A DNA stretch of 62,075 nucleotides from NCBI GenBank assembly GCA_038734825.1, contig JAVYOD010000002.1:1-62075 (forward strand). Reading direction: 5' to 3'. The DNA is from Thermoplasmatales archaeon. Lineage in GTDB: Archaea; Thermoplasmatota; Thermoplasmata; Thermoplasmatales; GCA-001856825. Positions 33,070 to 41,861 of the stretch are shown here, piece after piece. Position 1 is the stretch's first letter. Every line of letters begins with the position of its first letter. The notes beneath the pieces were generated by a model. The model did not search any database and was not told where the DNA came from. It saw only the letters and a program-made list of their open reading frames with translations. A program made the position numbers and the translations under genes.

Positions 33070-34041
33070 ATTACGAAATGCATTATATGTGGTAATGAAA
33101 CTGCTGACGGGAACTACATATGCGAAGAATGCAGAAGGCCGAAAAACAAAAACACAGGTCCGGTTAAGGTCAAAATTAAAAAGTGCCCAAACTGTGGAAG
33201 GGTGATGCACGTTAACTGGGATGATATAGACAGATTAGATGTTCCAAAATCAGTTTTGAAGAAGGTCATGGGCATTTCCGTTGAAGGATTTACTACGTCT
33301 GGGGATGAGAGAAATATTAGGGTGTCATACTCAGGCAAATTAATTGAAAACGATGAGAATGTTACGGGAGAACTAATTATTCAAATTTCATCTGCTACTT
33401 GTCCAACCTGCACCAGGAGGCTTGGCAACTATTACGAGGCAACGATACAGATAAGAGGCAGATCCGGGGAAGAGAAGAATGCGATTGATTATCTAGGCTC
33501 TCTTGTAGAAGCCTCGAAGTCTGAAGAAGTTTTTATAACTAGGGTAGATAAGAAGAAAGAGGGTTATGATGTTCTCCTTTCTGACAAAAAGTTTGCTAGA
33601 GCTGCAGCTAAGAAAGTAATCGAAAAATTCGGTGGAACAACTAAGGAGACCTCACACCTTGTTGGATTAAAGGATGGTAACGAACTTTATAGGATCACTA
33701 TTTCAATAAGAATTCCGAGTTTCAAGAGAGGGGATGTGGTACAGCTAGAAAACGAGCTCTTTATCGTGAAGCTTATCAAGGGAGAGACGTTGGTACTTCT
33801 CAACCTGAAAAGCGGCTCCCCTCGGATTATGAAATTCAGGGATCTAAAAAGTTATTCCGTATTCACAGCTAAGGAGCACATAAGGGAGGCGAGGGTGCTC
33901 TACAGGCAGGGAAATACTGCGTACATTATGGATCCGTTCGATTTTAAGGAGAAAGCCATAATAAATGATGAAAAATCAGAGTCAATAAAGGTTGTAAGGG
34001 TTGGTGAAGAACTTATAGGAATACGTGACTCACTCCTTTAA
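33070..34041 (+). CDS. NMD3-family protein (archaeal homologue of the 60S export/biogenesis adaptor); start codon uncertain and non-canonical
   Basis: CxxC x4 (CIICG, CEEC, CPNCG, CPTC) and the NMD3 signature LGNYYEATIQIRG. The frame is open from 33064, but the first ATG/GTG/TTG is at 33202, after three of the four CxxC pairs. Confidence 0.75.
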   Translation: MTKCIICGNETADGNYICEECRRPKNKNTGPVKVKIKKCPNCGRVMHVNWDDIDRLDVPKSVLKKVMGISVEGFTTSGDERNIRVSYSGKLIENDENVTGELIIQISSATCPTCTRRLGNYYEATIQIRGRSGEEKNAIDYLGSLVEASKSEEVFITRVDKKKEGYDVLLSDKKFARAAAKKVIEKFGGTTKETSHLVGLKDGNELYRITISIRIPSFKRGDVVQLENELFIVKLIKGETLVLLNLKSGSPRIMKFRDLKSYSVFTAKEHIREARVLYRQGNTAYIMDPFDFKEKAIINDEKSESIKVVRVGEELIGIRDSLL

Positions 34042-37000
34042 GATTTTCTCATCATCTTGATCTTCATGTTCATACCAGAGATATCCCACTCCGATTCGAA
34101 CCCACCTTCAACATTTCCTACCTCACCCTGAGTGTTACCCAGAACGTAGCTGGAGTATTCGTTAAATGCCTTGATCAAAAGTGGATCACCGGATACTTCA
34201 AAAATAACCTTATCCGTGTACTCTAGATTCATCTGTCTCCTCATGCTCTGAATTCTTCGGACTATTTCTCTCGCAAGACCCTCCATCATCAGTTTTTCAT
34301 CTGTTTCCTTGTTAACAAGAAGGATTAGATTCGAAGCATCGTCTGAAACATAACTTTGTCTAAGTTCCCTAACAACATCAACATCTTCGATTTTTATCGT
34401 ATTATTTAGTATTGTAACTGATCCGTTTCTCCTTAAGGATTCCTGAATTTCTGGCCGAGACAGTTCCCCCTCAGCATCCTTGAGATGCTTGCCAAACATC
34501 TTTCCTGCAACGCTTTTCTTTAAAATGAAACGTTCATTCACGTAATTGTCCAGTTTGCCGATCTTAAGTTCCTTTGTGTTCAATTCCTTCTTTATGATAT
34601 CTTTGAACTCTTCTACTATTTTTGAATATTTGCTATCCGTGATAACGATCTCTTTCACTGGCCTCCTAAGGGTTAGGCCATTCTTTTGTCTTACCCTCCT
34701 ACCTGTCTCCACGATCTCCTTGACAACTTCCATTTCTTTTATTAAGTTTTCATCGATTTCCCCAGCTGAAGGAAACCTGGTTAGGTGAACAGATCTTTCG
34801 CCTGTCATCTTCCTGAACAAGTAATCTGCGAAATAAGGAGTGAATGGTGCAAGGAGAGCAAGAGAGGCTTTTATGGCGTAGTATGAAGCGTAGTAGGCTG
34901 ACCTTTTTTCCAACGTCATCTCGTTTTCCCAAAATAGATCCCTTGACAGTCTAAGATACCACTGGCTTAAATCAAGGATTAAGCCTTTGATCTCCTCCAG
35001 CGCAAGATGGGGCTCATAGTTGTCCATATGACTTGTTACAAGAGAGATGCATTTGTTTGTCCTTGAGATTAACCATCTGTCTAGCGATGACATTAATTTC
35101 TCTTCAGCAGGTATCCATTTATCGAGGTTAGCATTCGTAGAGAATAAAAAGTATGAGTTGTACAGTGTTCCGAGCATTTTCCATGATAGCTCTCGTGCAC
35201 CCTCCTCGGTGAATCTCTTAGGTTTCCACGGCGGGCCCTGGAAGAAAAAGAGGCGAAGTGAGTCTGTGCCTATACGGTCTATTATCTCCAGAGGATTCAC
35301 AGTATCGCCCCTAGACTTGCTCATCTTCTCTCCTTTGGAATTTAAGATGAATTCCATAACTACTACATTCCTGAAGGCATTTCTGCCAAACAGTAACGAA
35401 GATATAACGTGGAGAGAATAGAACCATCCCCTTGTCTGGTCCATTGCTTCGCTGATAAAATCTATTGGATTATTTTCTTCGAACAGTTGGGAGTTCTCAA
35501 AAGGGTAATGAAACTGGGCAAAGAATGCAGAACCAGAGTCAAACCAGGTATCTATTGGGTAAGGTTCTCTCTTCATATTTTCCCCGCAATGATCACACTT
35601 AACAACTATCTCATCCACCTTGGGACGATGAAGCTCGAAATCCTTAGGAACGAATGAGGCATGTTCCAGCAATTCTTTCTTGCTACCGGGTACAAAAACG
35701 TGACCGTTCTTGCAGATCCAAACGGGAAGTGGTGTTCCCCAGAACCTATTCCGCGATAGAGCCCAATCCTTCCCCTCGGCAAGGAAGTTTCCAAATCTTC
35801 CTGAACCTATGTAGTCGGGTTTCCAGTTCACATTTTTGTTGTATTCTACTATCTTGTCTTTGACCCTTGAAACCCCTATGTACCAGGATTCAATTGGATA
35901 ATAAATTAGTCTAGTATCACATCTCCAGCAAAATGGATATGTGTGTACTGCCTTTTCTGTTTTCAAAAGCTTTCCATCCTCTTTTAGTGCCTGGATGATA
36001 CTTTCACTTGCGGTCTGTACGTCCATACCCTTCCATGGGCAATCTAGCGATATCTTTCCAGATTCATCAACTGTTATGTACAGTTCCCCTTTTTCCCTCT
36101 TCATTATTGCGTAGTCATCCGCGCCGAATGCCGGAGCAACATGTACTATACCCGAACCCTCGTCCTTAGTGACAAAGTCTGCAGAAACGACGTACAACCC
36201 TTTTTTAACCTTGAGATATGGCATTAGTTGTTCGTACCTAATTCCTGATAGCTGGCTGCCAATTCTTTTATTTATGATCTCAGCACCTGGGAACAATTCT
36301 TTAGCTCGATCCTCCTGAACCCATACCCTCTTGCCATTTAACATTATTAGGGAATATGTGAAATTTGGATTTACAGCCAGATATTCGTTCGCCGGAAGGG
36401 TCCACGGGGTTGTCGTCCAAACAAGAAAATATTCGTCCTTCTCTACCGCTTTGAATAGCACATATATTGAAAAATCCTCTACGTCTTTATATCCCTGAGC
36501 GACTTCGTGAGAACTAAGTGTTGTTCCACACCTGGGACAGTAAGGTGATACCCTAAAATCCTTGAATAGGAGACCGTCTTCATACAGTTTCTTTAAAGCC
36601 CACCATTCACTCTCTATGTACTCATCCTTCATCGTTACGTATGCGTCCTTATAGTCTACCCAGTACGCTAGCCTCTTCGATGCCTCTTCCCAGAGCTTAA
36701 CATATTCAAATACGCTCCTTTTGCATAGGCTATTGAACTTTTCTATCCCCATCTTCTCAATTTCTGATTTATTCTTTATTCCCAATTTCTTCTCTATCTC
36801 AATCTCAACAGGAAGACCGTGACAGTCCCATCCCGCAATTCTCGGATAGATATAATATCCTTTCATTGTTTTATACCTGAGGAAGAGATCTTTCATTGCT
36901 CTTGTTTCTGCGTGACCTATGTGCGGTGGGCCGTTAGCTGTAGGAGGCCCTTCGAGAAACGAAAATCTTTCCCTCCCCCTATTTATTGAGAATGATTCTT

Positions 37001-37112
37001 CCATTATATTCTCTCTTTCCCAGTAGTCTAATATTTCCTTCTCAATGCCTAAGAGGTCGAATGTTGGGGGAACCTTTTCCAGCATGAGCTTCGTTATATT
37101 CATCTTATTCAT
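34038..37112 (-). CDS. ileS: Isoleucyl-tRNA synthetase
   Basis: HIGH motif PPTANGPPHIGH, GWDCHGLPVE, KMSKS, editing domain. 1024 aa. Confidence 0.95.
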   Translation of the reverse strand: MNKMNITKLMLEKVPPTFDLLGIEKEILDYWERENIMEESFSINRGRERFSFLEGPPTANGPPHIGHAETRAMKDLFLRYKTMKGYYIYPRIAGWDCHGLPVEIEIEKKLGIKNKSEIEKMGIEKFNSLCKRSVFEYVKLWEEASKRLAYWVDYKDAYVTMKDEYIESEWWALKKLYEDGLLFKDFRVSPYCPRCGTTLSSHEVAQGYKDVEDFSIYVLFKAVEKDEYFLVWTTTPWTLPANEYLAVNPNFTYSLIMLNGKRVWVQEDRAKELFPGAEIINKRIGSQLSGIRYEQLMPYLKVKKGLYVVSADFVTKDEGSGIVHVAPAFGADDYAIMKREKGELYITVDESGKISLDCPWKGMDVQTASESIIQALKEDGKLLKTEKAVHTYPFCWRCDTRLIYYPIESWYIGVSRVKDKIVEYNKNVNWKPDYIGSGRFGNFLAEGKDWALSRNRFWGTPLPVWICKNGHVFVPGSKKELLEHASFVPKDFELHRPKVDEIVVKCDHCGENMKREPYPIDTWFDSGSAFFAQFHYPFENSQLFEENNPIDFISEAMDQTRGWFYSLHVISSLLFGRNAFRNVVVMEFILNSKGEKMSKSRGDTVNPLEIIDRIGTDSLRLFFFQGPPWKPKRFTEEGARELSWKMLGTLYNSYFLFSTNANLDKWIPAEEKLMSSLDRWLISRTNKCISLVTSHMDNYEPHLALEEIKGLILDLSQWYLRLSRDLFWENEMTLEKRSAYYASYYAIKASLALLAPFTPYFADYLFRKMTGERSVHLTRFPSAGEIDENLIKEMEVVKEIVETGRRVRQKNGLTLRRPVKEIVITDSKYSKIVEEFKDIIKKELNTKELKIGKLDNYVNERFILKKSVAGKMFGKHLKDAEGELSRPEIQESLRRNGSVTILNNTIKIEDVDVVRELRQSYVSDDASNLILLVNKETDEKLMMEGLAREIVRRIQSMRRQMNLEYTDKVIFEVSGDPLLIKAFNEYSSYVLGNTQGEVGNVEGGFESEWDISGMNMKIKMMRKS

Positions 37113-37296
37113 ATCAATTTCTGTTGCTGCTACGATTTTGAAACACTGATCATTTTCATTTTTCTCATGCTAAGTATTTTTTAAATGACGCTCTGGAACA
37201 AAAAATTAAAAGGAGTATAGCTTTAGATCTATTTAAAAATACAAGTAAGGACTCTTTTTAGCGCTCAAATAAATAGTTCAGAGAAATGCAATAAAT

Positions 37297-37306
37297 GCTT
37301 AAATAC
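37297..37306 (+). promoter_or_regulatory. Candidate TATA box for the L44e-S27e-aIF2alpha-Nop10 operon
   Basis: gcttaaatac is centred about 40 nt upstream of the TTG start of L44e. Confidence 0.35.
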
Positions 37307-37326
37307 AGCATCCCAATTTAGTGCGC

Positions 37327-37338
37327 ATCACCGGTGAT
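37327..37338 (+). promoter_or_regulatory. 12-nt perfect palindrome ATCACC-GGTGAT; the GGTGAT half is a Shine-Dalgarno element for L44e
   Basis: GGTGAT lies 4 nt before TTG 37343 and is complementary to the 16S 3' tail AUCACC seen at 20378-20390. Confidence 0.6.
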
Positions 37339-37342
37339 ATAA

Positions 37343-37630
37343 TTGAAGCTACCTAGAAAAGTTAAAAGATACTGCCCGTTCTGTAAGAGGCATACTCTTC
37401 AAGAAATTGAGAGAGTAAAGAAGAAGAAGGCCAGCGAGTTGAGAAAGGGGCAGAGGAGATTCAGGCGGGTTACATCTGGTTATGGTGGGTTCCCAAGGCC
37501 CGTATATGAAGGTCGTGAAAAACCGACGAAGAGGATTAACATAAGGTACAGATGCCTCGAGTGTAAAAAAGCATATCACACACCTACCTGGAGGGCTAAA
37601 AAGTTCGAACTTGAGGAGGTTGAGGCTTGA
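37343..37630 (+). CDS. rpl44e: 50S ribosomal protein L44e (eL42)
   Basis: KLPRKVKRYCPFCKRHT...RYRCLECKKAY zinc-ribbon pattern. TTG start. Confidence 0.92.
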   Translation: MKLPRKVKRYCPFCKRHTLQEIERVKKKKASELRKGQRRFRRVTSGYGGFPRPVYEGREKPTKRINIRYRCLECKKAYHTPTWRAKKFELEEVEA

Positions 37631-37631
37631 A

Positions 37632-37820
37632 ATGCTTACTAAATTAAAAGGTATGGAAAAGTCGTTCATTAAAATAAAGTGCCCAGACTGTGGATCTGAG
37701 ACTATAACATATTCCCGCGGATCTACAGAGGTAAAGTGCCTGGTGTGTGGCGCTGTATTGGCAAAGCCCACAGGGGGCAAATACCTGGTAAACGGCGAAG
37801 TTGTGGGAGAATTCAAATGA
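37632..37820 (+). CDS. rps27e: 30S ribosomal protein S27e
   Basis: KIKCPDCGSE...KCLVCGAVLAKPTGGK. I prefer ATG 37632, 1 nt after the L44e stop, over the ORF-track start at 37611. Confidence 0.9.
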   Translation: MLTKLKGMEKSFIKIKCPDCGSETITYSRGSTEVKCLVCGAVLAKPTGGKYLVNGEVVGEFK

Positions 37821-38575
37821 GAAAAGAAAACCCTGAAGTGGGGGACATTGTCGTTTGCACAGTAAAAGAGGTAAGAGATTTCGGCGTTGTATGCACCTTA
37901 GATGAATTTAACAACAAAGAGGGCTTTATCCATATTTCAGAGATCACGTCAGGGTGGATAAAATATATCAGGGACTACGTGAGAGAGGGCCAAAGGATAG
38001 TCTGCAAGGTTCTTGATGCAAATCCATCGAGAGGAAGATTCGATCTCTCTCTCAGAAGGGTAAACGATCATCAGAAGAGAGAGAAGCTTAAGGAATGGAA
38101 GAATGAACAGAGGTCTAGGAAAATCCTTGAGAATATAGCAGCTCAGAACAAGGGTAAACTCGATATGGAAAAAGTTATGGACGAGCTTGAAGACAGGTTC
38201 GGTTCTCTATCTTATGCACTAGAGGTAGCTTCTACAGACCCCCAGCAGTTTGCTGAAGAAACAAGAGGGGCTGAATGGGCAAAAATGATCCTTGATTACG
38301 CAAAGGAGAATCTAAAACCTCCTGTTGCTGTTGTTAAGGGGATAATAACTTTAAAAGATGGCTCTAGCAGGGGAATAAGCGTTATAAAAGATGCGCTAAA
38401 GGCCGGGGAGAATGATAACGTACAGATATCATATGTAGGAGCCCCTCATTACAGGATAGTAGCTAAAGCACCTGATATCAAGCAGGCTGAGGAACTCATG
38501 AGGAAAACAGCTGAAACTATTATTTCTGAGATTAAGAAAAACGGTGGAACTGGGGAGGGACCGGTGAAACAATGA
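37817..38575 (+). CDS. eif2a: Translation initiation factor aIF-2 alpha subunit
   Basis: S1 domain MRKENPEVGDIVVCTVKEVRDFGVVCTLDEF...GFIHISEI. ATGA overlap with the S27e stop. The ORF-track start at 37736 gives an implausible extension. Confidence 0.9.
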   Translation: MRKENPEVGDIVVCTVKEVRDFGVVCTLDEFNNKEGFIHISEITSGWIKYIRDYVREGQRIVCKVLDANPSRGRFDLSLRRVNDHQKREKLKEWKNEQRSRKILENIAAQNKGKLDMEKVMDELEDRFGSLSYALEVASTDPQQFAEETRGAEWAKMILDYAKENLKPPVAVVKGIITLKDGSSRGISVIKDALKAGENDNVQISYVGAPHYRIVAKAPDIKQAEELMRKTAETIISEIKKNGGTGEGPVKQ

Positions 38576-38733
38576 AAGCCCTTATTCTTAAATGCCCAAA
38601 GTGCGGTAATTACACAATGAATGCCAAATGTCCTGTCTGCGGCACTGCAACCATCTCATCTCTCCCCCCAAGATTCTCCCCCCAGGATAGGTTTGGAAAG
38701 TATAGAATGAGAATTTTGTATGGAAAGGAGTGA
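38572..38733 (+). CDS. nop10: H/ACA RNP protein Nop10 (53 aa, below the ORF-track cut-off)
   Basis: Hand translation gives MKALILKCPKCGNYTMNAKCPVCGTATISSLPPRFSPQDRFGKYRMRILYGKE. ATGA overlap with the aIF2alpha stop. Confidence 0.9.
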   Translation: MKALILKCPKCGNYTMNAKCPVCGTATISSLPPRFSPQDRFGKYRMRILYGKE

Positions 38734-39488
38734 TTCGGATGGATAGCGTGATTATAAGACTGGTCGAGGATGTAAAATTGAAGAATTCAGTTCTTCTGGT
38801 GGGATTACCTGGAATAGGAAATGTGGGGAAGATATCTGCAGATTTCCTAATAGAAAACTTGAAGGCGAAAAAGCTGGCAGACGTTTTTTCCGTGCACCTG
38901 CCCCCACAAGTACTTATAAGCGAGGAATCATCAGCCAGACTAGTAAGGAATGAACTCTATTACAAGAAGAGGAAAGAAGGAGACCTGATAATATTCACTG
39001 GTGACTTTCAGGGCCTAACGTCGCAGGGTCAGTATGAGATCTGCTATAAGGTCCTGGAATTGAGTAAGAAGCTTGATGTAAAGAAGATCGTTACACTTGG
39101 GGGCTATCAGATAGGGAAACTTATGGAGATACCAAGGGTCCTGGGAGCCTACACTTCAGAGAATATGAAGGAAGAGGTCGAGAAGCTCGGTGTTATCTTT
39201 TCTAAAAATGAGCCAGGTGGCGGTATCGTCGGCGGCGCAGGTTTGATCCTTGGACTTGGCTATGAGTTATTCGATATACCAGGGGTGTGCCTCATGGGCG
39301 AAACCTCAGGCTACTTCACAGATCCAAAATCGGCTAAGCAGGTGACGAAGGTAGTTGTCGATTACCTTGGGCTGAACGCTGATGTTTCTATTTTCGATGA
39401 GAAGATAAAGGAGATAGAGGACATCACAAGTAGGATGATGGAAGCCCCGCCAGAGGAGAAAAGGGAAGACCTTGGGTACTTTGGATAA
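38730..39488 (+). CDS. PAC2-family protein (proteasome assembly chaperone-like, PbaA/PbaB type)
   Basis: ...LLVGLPGIGNVGKISADFLIENL... and ...GGIVGGAGLILG... are typical of archaeal PAC2/DUF75 proteins. ATG 38739 is an alternative start. Confidence 0.7.
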   Translation: MIRMDSVIIRLVEDVKLKNSVLLVGLPGIGNVGKISADFLIENLKAKKLADVFSVHLPPQVLISEESSARLVRNELYYKKRKEGDLIIFTGDFQGLTSQGQYEICYKVLELSKKLDVKKIVTLGGYQIGKLMEIPRVLGAYTSENMKEEVEKLGVIFSKNEPGGGIVGGAGLILGLGYELFDIPGVCLMGETSGYFTDPKSAKQVTKVVVDYLGLNADVSIFDEKIKEIEDITSRMMEAPPEEKREDLGYFG

Positions 39489-39521
39489 AACCTCGTTGTA
39501 ACTATTTTCGCTCCAGTTAAG

Positions 39522-39532
39522 AATTTATATTA
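39522..39532 (+). promoter_or_regulatory. Candidate TATA box for the 54-aa ORF
   Basis: aatttatatta is centred about 24 nt upstream of ATG 39551, the geometry of a leaderless mRNA. Confidence 0.4.
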
Positions 39533-39550
39533 CTTTTTTTATCCCCCAAT

Positions 39551-39715
39551 ATGGAGGAACTGCTTGTCCATTTTGACATTTTCAAAGATGGGGCCAAGTT
39601 TATCGCGAAGGTTAAGAGCGAAATGGGAGGGCTAAGAGAATTTTCGGCCAGGAACATGGACAAACTAATGGAGCAGGTGATCATAGATATAAGCCAGGAG
39701 TTTGAGAACGTATAA
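39551..39715 (+). CDS. Small soluble protein, 54 aa, unknown function (below the ORF-track cut-off)
   Basis: Hand translation gives MEELLVHFDIFKDGAKFIAKVKSEMGGLREFSARNMDKLMEQVIIDISQEFENV. It has its own TATA-like element and fills an otherwise empty gap. Confidence 0.45.
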   Translation: MEELLVHFDIFKDGAKFIAKVKSEMGGLREFSARNMDKLMEQVIIDISQEFENV

Positions 39716-39717
39716 GC

Positions 39718-40947
39718 CTATTTTTTCTTTATTAAAGCCTTATACAGACGTTTCATTAATAAAGGCTGAACTGTGAGTGAAACGAATATAATTATAAGTA
39801 CTATCGCTTCAATAGCCTTTCCCCAGAAAGTGAAAAGCGGATTCCCTGTCTCAATGCCGACTATCAAGATCGTTGGGGAAAGTATTGCAGGAAATACACC
39901 TCTTGTTCCCTCAAGGCCCACAAACAGTAAGTCCCCCTTATTCATATCTTTGTCAAGTGAACCAGCAACCATAACAGCCATGGGTCTGACTAAAAATATG
40001 AGTGCAAGTGCAATAATTATACCAGCTATTACGTAAGACCCCAGGACGGAAAGATCTATGGAAGCGCCTAGGAACACGAAAATCAATATCGAAGCAAATG
40101 AAGATATATTATCCATAAATATAGAGTAGTTCTCAAACTCTGGATCGCGGGGCATAAAATTGCCAGACAGAACTCCGAATATGGCCGCTGACATGTACCC
40201 TGAACCACCAGCAACCAGAGCTAATGTGTACGATGAAAGACCAAACAGGAGAAGCATGGCAGTGTAATAGTCTCTGAAGGTTCTAGGTAATTTAGCTCGC
40301 AGCAGATATAGAAGACCGAAAAGCGAAACAGATATTGTTACAGGAAGTAGCCCCTGTGTAAATATAACATACAAGGCAATGTTACTGAACTTGAATGGAG
40401 ATGATTGAATGAACCCTATGTTTGATGGAAAAAAGATCAAAACAACAAGGATCAGGAAAAGGTAGGAAAATGGATCATTGAAGACTGATTCAGATACTAA
40501 AAGCGTAGACGGAGTTTCTGGTATTTTACTCTTCTTTAGCGATGTAATGACAGATGCTGGATCTGTCGATGATATTATCGCGCCTATAACAAATCCTACC
40601 CATATTGGGGTTCTTAATACCAGAATAACAACTATGCCGGTCGCAATACCGGTCACGAAGAGAACGAACGTTAGAAGTAGGGATAGCGGCTTTATGACCC
40701 TCCTCAGGACGAACCTGTTAATCTTGCTCGATTCTGCCAAAATGATGAAAGCGGCACCTATTGGACCAACGTAATTGTAAAAGAGCAATGCTGCTTCATT
40801 CGGTTTTATGAAGAAGAAAACCGGACCAACAAGTATACCGAGGAGGAGGAGATAAGGAATGTAAACTGTTCCTGTGACCCTGGCTATTAGCGTGGCAAGA
40901 TAGCCTACAGTTAACGCTATGAGTACAGGGACAAGGACATTATACAT
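39718..40947 (-). CDS. Cation:proton antiporter (Na+/H+ exchanger family)
   Basis: About 11-12 TM helices. Segments such as ...IGAIISSTDPASV... and the overall layout resemble CPA1-type exchangers. Confidence 0.65.
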   Translation of the reverse strand: MYNVLVPVLIALTVGYLATLIARVTGTVYIPYLLLLGILVGPVFFFIKPNEAALLFYNYVGPIGAAFIILAESSKINRFVLRRVIKPLSLLLTFVLFVTGIATGIVVILVLRTPIWVGFVIGAIISSTDPASVITSLKKSKIPETPSTLLVSESVFNDPFSYLFLILVVLIFFPSNIGFIQSSPFKFSNIALYVIFTQGLLPVTISVSLFGLLYLLRAKLPRTFRDYYTAMLLLFGLSSYTLALVAGGSGYMSAAIFGVLSGNFMPRDPEFENYSIFMDNISSFASILIFVFLGASIDLSVLGSYVIAGIIIALALIFLVRPMAVMVAGSLDKDMNKGDLLFVGLEGTRGVFPAILSPTILIVGIETGNPLFTFWGKAIEAIVLIIIFVSLTVQPLLMKRLYKALIKKK

Positions 40948-40973
40948 ATATTCTTAATATCTATTCTATTAAT

Positions 40974-41861
40974 TTATTTTCCACTACCTTTCTTCCAGCC
41001 CTTCGGATATACACCTTTATCTATGAGGACGACTGTGGGTTTAACATTCTCCCCCATCCTGACTCCCATCCCCAGAAGTTCTCCCCTTGGGCTCATTATC
41101 CTGACTGTTTTGCCTTCTCCGTCATCTTGAATTATCCCGGCTCTATATACGGGGGCACCGTGTGCCATGGCGTCAATTGCACTCTCCTTCACCACTACCG
41201 TTTTGTAATCTTTCGTGACCACCTCAGGATCTATTATAATGGATGAGAGCATTGTTGAATCTCCCTCTCTATATAATGTTACAGCATCCTTAAGCTTCTG
41301 CAGCGTGACCATGGAAGACTCGTCAAGAGGCCCACTCCTAGTACGCCTAAGCTCCACAAGGTTGGCTCCAACGAGAAGGGCGTCTCCTATATCTCGGCAC
41401 AGCGTTCTTATGTATACCCCTGATTCAACCTCCGCTTTGAAAAGAGCGTAGCGGCCATTCATCTCCATTAGCTTGAGGGAGTAAATATTTCTCTTTCTAA
41501 GGTTCCTTGAAACCGCAGACCTCAGTGGTGGAAACTGATAGATCTCTCCGGTAAATTCCTTCATCATCTCTTGGACAGATTCCCTCTCAATGTTCTGATG
41601 AAATATCATCAAGGCAACATACTCCTTCCCCTGCTCGTGTAAGAAATCTGCGAGCCTTGTTGCCTTCTCAAGCCCAACAGGTAGAACTCCGGTTGCATTT
41701 GGATCCAATGTTCCAACGTGGCCTGCCTTGTTAACACCAGTTATACTTTTAACCCATGAAGAAACCTGATGGGATGTCGGCCCCCTGGGTTTGTCAATAA
41801 CTATGAAACCATAAGACAGCCTTTCCTCAATGCTACGTTCCTCTGGACTTTTGCCAAACAC
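40974..41861 (-). CDS. truB: tRNA/rRNA pseudouridine synthase Cbf5 (TruB family) with PUA domain
   Basis: IVIDKPRGPTSHQVSSWVK, catalytic GHVGTLDPNATGVLPV, and a C-terminal PUA region. Confidence 0.9.
   Translation of the reverse strand: MFGKSPEERSIEERLSYGFIVIDKPRGPTSHQVSSWVKSITGVNKAGHVGTLDPNATGVLPVGLEKATRLADFLHEQGKEYVALMIFHQNIERESVQEMMKEFTGEIYQFPPLRSAVSRNLRKRNIYSLKLMEMNGRYALFKAEVESGVYIRTLCRDIGDALLVGANLVELRRTRSGPLDESSMVTLQKLKDAVTLYREGDSTMLSSIIIDPEVVTKDYKTVVVKESAIDAMAHGAPVYRAGIIQDDGEGKTVRIMSPRGELLGMGVRMGENVKPTVVLIDKGVYPKGWKKGSGK

Noticed and set aside
39468-39488. The C-terminus ...EDLGYFG of the PAC2-family protein looked like a possible HbYX proteasome-docking motif.
   Set aside because: HbYX requires Tyr at the penultimate position. 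Here Tyr is antepenultimate and Phe is penultimate, so the register is off by one. The sequence alone does not support the claim.
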